A DNA stretch of 64,000 nt from contig CM097887.1 of the NCBI GenBank assembly GCA_044892525.1, forward strand, positions 87,584,397 to 87,648,396, given 5' to 3'. The position numbers and the translations under genes are program-made. How positions within the stretch are numbered: position 1 is the stretch's first letter; each line of letters begins with the position of its first letter. The notes under the pieces were generated by a model. The model saw only the letters and a list, made by a program, of their open reading frames with translations, made no database searches and was not told the DNA's origin. Shown here piece after piece: positions 49,701 to 61,096 of the stretch. Source of the stretch: Schmidtea polychroa. Lineage: Eukaryota.

Positions 49701-52700
49701 TATTGAAATTTCATTTGGATAAATGTAATACACATTCAAGCTCAGCAGCAAGGATTCTGGTACCAGAAGTTGAAGACTGTATAGTGCTAACATCCATGGC
49801 TTATAGTAAATTGGGAAATTGGGAAAATTTATTTGGATTAAGTCAATTATCAGTTGAAACGTATGGTAGTAAATTTGATTGGATTGAAGCGCTTGCCGAT
49901 AAGACGATTGGACGATTGGAAATGGCCTTGTCAAAATTTGAAGAATATGTAAGAAATCACCATGACCCAGAAACTATTAAATCATCTTCAGAAATGAGGT
50001 TATTGACAAGGAAAACTACAAGTCATAGTTCTTTTATTTTATGCATGGAAGAAATAGCCGATTGTTATAAATTATTGAATAATCCCGATGGGTTGGAACA
50101 ATGGAAAAAACAAATTCAATCATGGAAATCAAATTCACAAATGCAAGAAGCTCAAAAATTGAGTATTAATTGGGCAAGACTTGTATGTCTGACAAAATTA
50201 TCGAAATGGGATGAAAGTCTTGATGATAAATGCATTCCGTTAAGGCAAAATGAGTTGTCCTGGAAATATAGATCAGTTATCGATTATTGTGAAGACAGTT
50301 TGTTTCTCTCTGTCGTTGATAAATGCCCTAATAAAGAAGTTGAAATCGACAATTTCATTGTCAAATTATCATCAATTCAATCTATTTGTGATTTCCCCAA
50401 TACATTTATTAATCCAGATATAATTTTAATCAATGAAAGATTGAAGCTTTCAAAGGCAGCAAATAAAGGAGAAAGTTTAATTGTTGACTGCAAAAAATTA
50501 TCAAATTTTTCTACAACATTACCACTATCAGTTATAAGTTTCTGTAACACAATCCAAAAACAATATAATGTCCCACAATGTTTTCCTAATCAAAAATATT
50601 TAATTCAATGGCACAGAAAGCATTTAAATTTTAATAAATGTCATAGCTTGATTTCTCATTCTTTTACCTCTTTCCTTGGTAAAGAAATTAACCAACAATC
50701 CACGTTAAGTAATTCACAATCTCCAATAATTCAAATGCAAATTGAACGAGAACTTGTAAAGTTACTATGGGAAGAAGACAAAAAGAAAGATTCCCTACAG
50801 CTGTTGACTAGTAGTCTAAAGGATAGTTTGTTGTTTGAAACGAGTGATTCCTCTTTGCACAGTTCTAAATGTCAACTAAACACGAAGTCTCTGTTAACAT
50901 TGTTTATATGGCTATGCAATGAAAAATCGAAATTTTCAAAATTTTGTAATGATACTAAAATTTCTAGTAATCTCCAATTTCTCATTGAACTTGCAGAAGT
51001 ACCTTGGATAAACGGTTTGCCATTAGTTTCACCCCATCATCGATCAATGGAGAAAACCTGCCAGTCATCAGTGACTGATGTTTGTAGTCAATTGCTTATT
51101 CTTGCTAGCAAGTCACGAAACCAAGACAACAGTGATAAAAGTTTCATGGCATTAGCCCAATGGTGTCTTAGTAGATCGCGGTCATTGGATGAAATCGGAT
51201 TTAACGCACAAACGATAGATTTAGCGCCTAAATTAGAAAATCAAGGCTTTTCTAGTGAAACTATTAGTAATATTGAGCTACTTTTAAAGAGTAATTTTTA
51301 TCCATCACAAATGAAATCCGAAAGCGATTGGTTTGGAGATTGTTATGAAGATTCGGGATTTTTAGTTGAATTAAGACAATCTATTTTAGCTCTCGATCCC
51401 GATATTACATCGACAATGGCGGAAGAAGTCGTTAAAATATGGCTTGAATTTGTTACGCATCATTTTTCTCTTCATATCGCAGCTGCTGAAGCATATTTTT
51501 CCTTTTTGAAAGATGCAACTCCAACGAAAACCAAATATAGTCTGTGCAATAAAAATAAAACCACAGCCAATTTGAGAATATTATCTTTAATTGGAAAACG
51601 ATCAAGATCTTTGAGAGATTCCATAATTAATAAAATAAAAACCAGTCCTCCTGGTTCATGGACTAATGTAATCCCACAATTGTTTGCCCGATTGAAGCAC
51701 AGTGATAAAATGATTAGGACCTGTATGTCAGAGTTATTGCAAAGATTGGCAGTTTCGAGCAACAACTGTAGCAAATTGATTGTATATCCCACATTAGTCG
51801 GTTCTATCAGTGAAAATTTAAACAATAGTTCTCCATATCACGATATTAAGAAAGTTCTTGTTGAGAATAACAGGCTGCTAGTCGATGAAGTCGGTGTGTT
51901 TATTAAAGAATTGCGGCGTATCACTGTTTTATGGGATGAGCTGTGGGTTTCATCGCTAGGCCAATGTTATGATGAACTTAATAAAAAAGCCCATCAATTG
52001 CAATCAGAAATAGATAAAATTGATTCTCAAGATGATCTGAAGCATAAAGATGTTATTTTGAAACTAAAGTACAATTCCATTATTCAAGCCGCCGTTTTTA
52101 TTCTTGAACGAACCAAAAGTGCAACAAACATGATTCCAGAAACTCCAAGAGAATCGTGGTTTTATAATATGTTTGCAGAGGTAATTTTTTAATATCGTTT
52201 TTATATTGAAATTATATATATATATTTATTAATAACACAATTTTATAACGTTTTAATCGATATATAGAAACTTTACTTATTTATTTTAATATTAAAAATA
52301 TAATAACCGTCATTAATTTGTTTGTTTGTACGTGTGTCAGATTCCTGCATTTGTTGTTAATTTATAATTTAATAATAATAATTTATAATTTAATAATAAT
52401 AATTTTAATAATAATAATTTAATAATAATAATAATTTGTTTGTACGTGTGTCAGATTCCTGCATTTGTTGTTAATTTATAATTTAATAATAATAATTTAT
52501 AATTTAATAATAATAATTTTAATAATAATAATTTAATAATAATAATAATTTGTTTGTACGTGTGTCAGATTCCTGCATTTGTTGTTAATTTATAATTTAA
52601 TAATAATAATTTATAATTTAATAATAATAATTTTAATAATAATAATTTAATAATAATAATAATTTGTTTGTACGTGTGTCAGATTCCTGCATTTGTTGTT

Positions 52701-55700
52701 AAAATTAACTAATCACAAGAAAGGGGGAATCTTTTTAAACACAATTTTATAACGTTTTAATCGATATATAGAAGCTATACTTATTTATTTCAATATTAAT
52801 AATATAATAACCGTCATTAGTTTGTTTGTACGTGTGTCAGATTCCTGCATTTGTTGTTAAAATTAACTAATCACAAGAAAGGGGGAATCTTTTTAAACAA
52901 CCCGGTTTTCTCACATAGCTTTTTCGAAATCAAGGAATCGTGACAACAACAAGGAAAGTTAAAAATAGAAAGCATTTCACTCACAATTTAGTTTATAAGG
53001 AAATTTTTGTAAAATTTAGCATATTGAAATTTACAAAAAATTAACTGAATTTTTATTATCATTTTAACTTTTCCCGCCATGCTTAACGGGGGATTATACT
53101 AGTTATTCATAAAGATCGAAATGTCTCTACCGAACAGATGTAATTTATCCAGTTTTGATCAAGTATTTCTTACGAAACTGTTACCAAGTTAAATATGTAA
53201 AAAATTTAAATAAAATTAATTTATGAATTTGATTATTAACAGTGACAAGAAAGATTTGACAAATCATGTGGATTTGTAATTTAACTAAGTCTAATTATTA
53301 TCACTTTCTAAGCCGCAATACATGCGCATTATGTTATTAATAAAATAATTGGTAAAACTATGTGGGAAAAACGGATAGATTTAAACGTATGTTTAATGAT
53401 AATTAATTCCCGCTATCTTCTATTTTCATTGTAGAATAAATGTCTAAATGGCCGCAAAATAAATTAAATGCTAAGCTTAATGGTTTTATTTTGATATTAT
53501 ATGAAAATTTGATTAAAACTAAACTAAAACTTTTCTTTAAGGTTTTCTTAAAAACAATCCTTCAAAAATAATTCTAAACTCCAATATTTTAATTTTTATT
53601 CCTAAACGTTTTTTAGTTTTTCAAAAGTGGCTTAAATTTTTCAAATATAAATAATAAACTATAATTAATATAAAATTAAAAAATACTGGCTAATTATTCT
53701 CAACATTGTGAAACACTGAATTCGCTATCGACTTGGTATAGTTACAATATGATTATAATTTGATTAAATATATGAAGTTGTCATGGCTAATAATTGATTC
53801 GACATATAAAATTTTCAGAAAAGACTAAAAATAGTTAATAATTAATAATTTTTCCTGAAAATTGTGTCTATTTGGTTGATTCATGTTAGTATAGACCTCT
53901 ATAATTTATTCATTTAACAGAGGATCGAGATTAATTTATTCTTTAAAATTATATATACACAAATGCCATTTTTCCAAATACTTAGCTTTTCCTTTTCAAC
54001 ATTTCATTATAGGAAAAACTTTATTTTTTGTGAATTATTATTATAAATATAAATTTTATTTTTAATGAGATCAATGAAGCTTATCATAATAATTTTTTAT
54101 AAATAATTTGTTTTCTAATTTTTCATTTTCAATGCATATTTTTAGGAAATTACAAGCACAATTGAAGAGATTAAAAGTCCAAATAATATTCGAGAATTTA
54201 ATGACGCGTGGAAAAAAATCAAAACACTTCAAGAGTTGATTCTTACTGAATCAAATAATAATATAAAAGTAAAAGTAAAACGAGGAAGACATCAATTTCT
54301 ATCTTTGAAATTAGATGATGTCAGCCCAGGCTTAGCTAAAATTAATTCAAGCCTTATTCCTTTACCTGGAATGAACAATAAATCATTGCTTTCAATAGAT
54401 AAACATATTAGTATATTACCAACGAAAACTAAACCTAAAAAATTCAGATTTCTATCAACAAATGGCAAGCAATATAGCTATCTTTACAAGGGGCTAGAAG
54501 ACTTGAGATTAGATGAAAGAGTAATGCAAATTTTAGGAATAGCCAATACAATGTTTAGCAAAATAAACGAACATGAATCAAATAAATATCACATTACTAC
54601 ATATCCAGTTACGCCTTTAGGTACTCGTGCAGGGTTAATACAAATGGTGGAAGAAGCAACTTCTTTATTTTCTTTGTATAAGCGTCATCAAATGCGTAAT
54701 AAAAATACATTTGATCAAATGAAATCGAAAGCGTGTCATTCCAACAACGGAGATATTGTTAATGAGTCTACGATAATATCAGAAGAAGGTCATCCTATCA
54801 GACCAACTGATATTTATTGGCAAAAACTTAGACCTAAATTAGAGGCAGCGAAAATTGAAGTTGGACTTGACAACCGCGAAAAATGGCCTATGAATATCTT
54901 AATTGAAGTGTTTAATGAATTAAATCGAGATACGTCTCCTGATTTGTTATCAAAAGAATTATGGTGCTGCAGTATTAATTCTAATAATTGGTATAGAAGT
55001 TCGATAAATTTCACAAGATCATGTGCTGTAATGTGTATTATGGGACATATACTTGGACTGGGTGATCGTCATTTAGATAATCTATTGGTGAATTTTTCAA
55101 ATGGACAAATGATTCATATTGACTACAATGTTTGCTTTGATAAAGGGGTTTCTCTAAAGGTTCCTGAAAAAGTTCCCTTCCGTCTTACTGATATAATTAC
55201 AAATGTATTTGGTCCGATGGTTGTCGATGGACTATTTAGGATATCTTGTGAAAATGTATATGAAATCATTCAGCAATCACAAGATAGTATTCTAACATTA
55301 ATGGATATGTTTATTTTTGATCCAATAGTCGATTGGTCTTCCGGTATAGAATCAGGTCATTATGGTTCATTTGATGGTGGGAAATACGCTGTCAATTCGA
55401 ATAAAAGTATCATTGAAAAACGTTCAGTAGAATTCGTTATAAATTTGAATAATTTCCAGTCTGTCTTCATTACGATTGAAGATGATTTCAAAAATTGTCA
55501 AGAGAAATTAATCCAAGATTTCCGAAATTTACACGAACACTTGAACAAAAGTTGGTCAACTTGTAAAACAATTGAAGAAATAAAAGCTACTCACAATAAA
55601 AAATTGCAAATGATTCAATATTTGCGTGGTTACGAAACAAATGACGAATGTAAAATCGTAGAACAATTCAATTATGTTCGTACACTTGAAGAACGTTCCG

Positions 55701-58700
55701 TACATCTAGAATTAGACATTCAAAAGCGACAGCAGCAACTTAAACTGGTCAGTATGGAGCACAGTTCATTTTTCAATAAAATACTTTCAGCCTCAGATTT
55801 CATTAGCTTAAAACTGGATATTAAGAATATCAAGAATTTCTTTGAGGAACACATAGAAAATATCGAAAAATCAATCACTGTGTTTTGTGAACAATATAAC
55901 ATCACTCGTGATACAAGTCCCTATAATGAAATTATCCAGGAAATTCAATCTATGCTAGATAACTTGTCAGAGGTTCAAGACGGTTTGATTGTTTTAGAAA
56001 AGTATAGAAACATTATTCAAGAAATGCCCCAGTCGTATTATAATTCAGATCGATGCAGCTACATGCTACAAATTACTGAAAACTTGCTAAAAAATCCATC
56101 ACTAGCAAATATTCAAACTAATTTACAAAGTTATTCCGATTGGATGAATAAAGAGAACTCAGGTTCAATTGAAACGTTTACTAATGAAAAAAATAACTGG
56201 AATAGTTTATTGAAAATCGAGGTTGAACTAATGGAAGAATTACAATCGAAAGTAATTTCACAGTCTCATGAAGATGAAATTCCCGAATTAGAAGCTATTT
56301 GGCAGTTGACAGTTTATGAAAACGTAGCGGGAATTAATTTATTTAAAGCTGTTTTATTGGAACAATATTTGGAAATGGCAAATATAACCTCTCAACTCGA
56401 TACAAACATTATTAGTAAAATACCGGAATATATTACTTTCACTGTTGATTATAATGTGACTTTGAGAAAATATCTGCAACTATTGAGTGCACATGAAAAC
56501 TATTTCAAAATATTGACTAATTCCATGAATATGTTCGGGATTTATCTTAATACTAATGAAGCGGGGATAGTTTGCAATATGATGGTAACATTACAGAAAG
56601 CGTGCATTAATATTCTCACATTCGAAAGTAAGTTTATTGAAATAATAATGCCAGAGTCGATAAAAATTATGAAACAATTAACTGTCGAAGATAATGAATT
56701 GTTGAATAAATTGAAATCAATACTGAAAGACGGTGAAAATATTATGCTCCATTTCAATATTGCACTCACCTCAACATCCTATGATGTGAATAATTACGAT
56801 CATATTCACCTGAAAACCGTAGTGCCGATGAAGGAAAAAATTGCGGAACTAACTGATATCGGCAGTATTCCGATTCATGACAGCTCCAAACAGTTGCGCA
56901 TTCTCATAGCTAGTTTTTACACCACAATCAACCAATCTTATCTATTAGTTTGTGATTTTATTGATTGCTGTATGGGTTCATCAACTCCTAGTTCCTGGAA
57001 TTATATCGATTTGGTTGCTGCCAGCAGTATCAATATTTCTCCGATTTGGAATAAATCGATAAAATTATTGAAAGATGCTCTTTACATGAGTGGATTACGG
57101 TGCATGGTTAACACTCTTGATCATTGTAAATCACTTATCGATTCATTAACTATGAAGCAAGATCAATCTCAATTAGTAATCATATTTAACAATATTCTTC
57201 GCAATTTGGAAATTTATTTTAATTTCATCAATAAGCACGTATTGGTTGGCGTCGGAAGTCAGTGCTTTGCTAAAATGTTCTGTTTGCTACTCGAGCACGC
57301 CGGTTGGAATATAGATACATTGATTTCTGAAAATGTGATCAATAATTGTGCCATGAGTGCTGATTACATTTGTGGATCCGTAGTTTCATTTAGAAAGCTT
57401 GAATACCCGAACGCCAATAATTTCTATAATCAACTTCAATTCAGATTTAATAACTATAAAAATATAGCTGGATTTTCGATAATTGAACCAAATGTCTCAC
57501 AACGATTTCAAACTCGCAATGTTGCTTTCTACAAATCGCTAATCGGATTGGCGAGAAATCAATTAATGTCGTTATGCTGGACGAAAAAACATTTGATTAG
57601 TGAAAGTGATTTGAAGAATTGCGATCTTTTGCCATTACAAGAACTCATCAATGCTTTGAATGGTATTCCTAACCGAGTTGCAGTGTTAAAAGAATTACTT
57701 TTAAAATTAGACACATTCAGTTCCAAGTTTGTGTCGGCGGATGAAAAAATATTATCCGAAATGAAAGATTCCAAAGATGCACTGTGCAGATTAAATCAAG
57801 AAAGAACTCAATCGATCAATAGTGTTAAAAAGCGAATTCTGATGTTCAATGATGTTTTATTAAATATTGATCGATTTGAATGCTTACGATCGGCCTCTGA
57901 ACATAGTAATCAATTCGACGAAGAAGTTATACAATTCCTGTCGGAAAGTAAAGATCTTTTACAAAAATTGTCCGAATGTGAAGGTTTAATAAAACCGATT
58001 GAAGAAGAAATGATCAAGTTGAAGGAAGAATATAAACTCAACACCGATACTTGGTATGTTGAATTGTTGGAAATTTTGCAGAAAGATATTGAAAAAAATG
58101 CCAATGAAGTTCATCAAAACGAAAATCAAATTAAAGAAATTATAATGTCCAATGAAAAAGAAGCGAGAGGATTAAAAGAAAATCTTTCGGCTGAATATTA
58201 TCATTTGATAAACCATTTGAAACCAAATCTAAGGATATTGCATACAGTAACGAAAAAGTTGAAATCCTACATGTCAATTGATGAGACTACATCGGGAACC
58301 AATCAAGACATTAAATCTAAAGTCGATCGGGTGTTGAAAATAATGAGCTTGTTTGAGAAATTTAACTTTACAATCGATGGATTAATGAAATTCATGTTGA
58401 AAGGAGATTCTGAAATATGTATATCGGAATATATCGGACAGCTACATTATCAACTCAATAACCTTGCCATCATTAAAGATTCCATTATTCCAGATTTGTT
58501 TATCACATTGCTATCTCTATCTCCATTGGAGAATGACGACAAGTCATCAATTTACATTTACGATATTGATATTCCATCTAAGTTTGGCTTCAGCAACAAT
58601 AACATGGCGGAAATAAATGGTGCTGACACCATGACTACTCGGATTTCTCCATCTTTGTCAGGAGAGGAAACTTTTGTCGACAGCATTTGTAACAATAAAT

Positions 58701-59023
58701 CTAATCTAATTATCATTAACGAGTTCGATGTTGTGGGAAAATATAGCAACAATAATAAAGAAACCAATGAAAAAGACAATGAAAAGAAAAAGTATAATAA
58801 CAGTGTCGGAGTTCAAAAAGCCATCGAAGTTTGGAAATTAATTGAAACGAGATTGAATTCAGCTAACCAGAAACCGTTGAATGAGTTATCGATTAATGAA
58901 TCTATCGAAATAAAAACAACTTCAAAGCCTGCTATCAATCAGTACATTGACAAATTGATAAAGTCTGCGAGAAGTGCAGAAAATTTGGCACGTATGTATG
59001 AAGGCTGGACCGCTTGGGTTTGA
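46745..59023 (+). CDS. SMG1: PI3K-related kinase SMG1 (NMD kinase), two giant exons, ~3,437 aa from ATG 46745
   Basis: Exon A 46733/46745-52180, phase-0 intron 52181-54145, exon B 54146-59023. Kinase motifs PTKTKPKK, YLYKGLEDLRLDERVMQ, VTPLGTRAGLIQ, GLGDRHLDN, IHIDYNVCF, VPFRLT; long insertion between kinase and FATC; SMG1-type end NLARMYEGWTAWV*. True start may lie upstream. Confidence 0.93.
52234..52899. repeat. Compound tandem array: three identical 114-bp units inside a ~160-bp duplication
   Basis: GTACGTGTGTCAGATTCCTGCATTTGTTGTTAA starts at 52328, 52442, 52556, 52670 and 52828 (spacings 114, 114, 114, 158). Confidence 0.93.
52257..53102 (+). mobile_element. Probable non-autonomous Helitron in the SMG1 intron
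   Basis: A|TC start (52256/52257), 3' CCCG-N10-CGGG hairpin (53073-53090), then CTAG|T (53099-53103); GTTTGT microsatellite near the 5' end; no TIR or TSD. Confidence 0.55.
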
Positions 59024-59948
59024 AGGAGTCAATAGAAATAATAATAAATTTATGATTCAAGAATTTTGATAGCGATATAAAAACCAACATCTGCTTTATT
59101 TTTCAGACTCGAAGTATTCGGTATCGCAACATATTACAATAATAATCTCTTTTATTTAAAGTAATTTGTTTTTTTCTCAATTTTACATATTTAACGGAAT
59201 TCAGATTGAATCAGGTTACCAGCACCATAACACCAGATTGGTTTACTTTCTTGAAATTCAAATTAGATGCCACAAAAGCTTCTCTAGTAATATGTGTAAG
59301 CTGTGTTTTGGTGTCGTACTGCCAAATGTCTGATTTACTTCTAGCTCTCAAGATCCTCAAATCAAGCCCATTTAATGATTTTAATTTGTTGTGTGAGAAT
59401 ATTGCGGTGTTGATTTGTTTGCTGATTTGTTTGATGTGGATGTGCCTGTGGTTATAGTTTACTTTATGCTTCTATTGATGTGCTTTAAGACATTAACTTG
59501 GCATTAGGAATACTGATTACTGTGCTACTGTTATATCTTTGAAATAAATAATTATCTGTATTTGTCATCTTTTCCACGAAGGGTTTAAAGTTGAATTTAT
59601 TATTAACAAATAATTATGAATTTCGTGATATTTAAATTAACGAACCTCTCAGCGTATATTAAAGATTAATTACTGCAGTCTGTCAAAATAAGCAATTTGA
59701 TTTTCATAACCAATTAATAGGATGAATTGTTAAATTTTTTTAATTGACTGGTGTTAGGAACCAAGATTGGATTGTCAAAAATAATATTCTTTTATAATTA
59801 TTTTCCAAATATTAAAACTAACTATCTCTTTATACTGATTATGCTTTATGCTCAAAGTCTATTTGATGTTGCCGCGTCTATGATTTTATTTACCTTCTAA
59901 CTTAACAATAGCACTACCATTGCTACATTTTAACGTAATAGTGAATAG

Positions 59949-60630
59949 CAGGGGTCAGCAACCTTTTTTGAACGACGGACAATCTTCAAAATAAATGTTT
60001 TATGTGGGATCTTAAATAGCGCTTTCATACCATAAACGAGGATAAATATTATTAAAAATAAATATTATTTTCAACATAATAACAATGTCAGAAAAGAAAA
60101 ATTTTACAACTCTTAAAAAGGAAAAAAAATAAAACTTTTATTACATGTATAGGGAAAACATGAAAATAGCAAATTTTTCTGTTAATTCATTTAAGTCCGG
60201 TTCTGTTTGGGATACTGAGATCCTTAACAAGTGTTGTATATTTTCAAACGTTAACCTGGTTCTATATTTTGATTTGATGAAATTCATTCTTGAAAATGTT
60301 TGTTCGCATAAATAGGTTTTTAAAAAGATACAAATCATTGATTTTGCAAAATTTCTTAAATTGAGAAATTTGTTTTCTAGTAGATTTGAATAAAATGCAA
60401 TTAAATTATTTTCATCAAAATTATTTTTATACGTTGTTAGATTGCAAATGAATTAGGTATAGTTGTAAATTATCTAGTGCTTTTACAATATCAAATATAA
60501 GAGGATTTTCAAATATTAATATGTCCATTTCTTTTGTATAAAAATCTTGAAACCGATGACTTTTAGTGACTCAATAAAAATATTCGAAGGACATTGTTTG
60601 TCTTTTACGTTTTAAAACATTTTCAAATTA
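59949..60630 (-). mobile_element. Decayed Buster/SPIN-type hAT element: terminal repeat and transposase C-terminus
   Basis: CAGGGGTCAGCAACCTTTTT at 59949; minus-strand RFQDF...IFENP...LQL.LIHLQSN...FYSNL...LRNFAKSM...TYLCEQTFSRMNFIKSKYRTRLT, with a frameshift. Confidence 0.85.
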
Positions 60631-60633
60631 GTA

Positions 60634-60787
60634 TTGGGTTATTAGGTTGGTGACAAAGTTAAAATTTTTACTCTGACTCCAAGCGTGTCTTTGACTGATC
60701 CAGAAATAACACTTGACACCAATAATCTTTATTGGTAATCGCAAATAACTTTCACTTTACACAGACAATCAAATTAACACTCTGCTT
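60634..60787 (-). repeat. Second copy of the LTR-like repeat at 31058-31210, truncating the Buster remnant
   Basis: Reverse-complement match to 31058-31210. Confidence 0.8.
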
Positions 60788-61096
60788 ATACACCTAACTG
60801 CTGTTGGGCTGAGAAGTAAGATAAAAATAAAGCATGAAAAATGTGTATAAATAAAATTCGAAAACAATAGGAAACGACAAAAATATACCTCAAAAATCAA
60901 ATTAAAATAAATATAAAATAAGTATAGTAATTAAAATGATATCTAGGGAAAATAAAACATAGGATTAAAACAATAAATTAAAAATACAAAATACCGATAA
61001 AAGAAGCAAAATAACACGCAGTTAATAGAAAGAATTTGGAAAATTAATATAAGTACAAGAAAAAGTAAAGAAAACTTAATAAAAGTAATGAATTAT

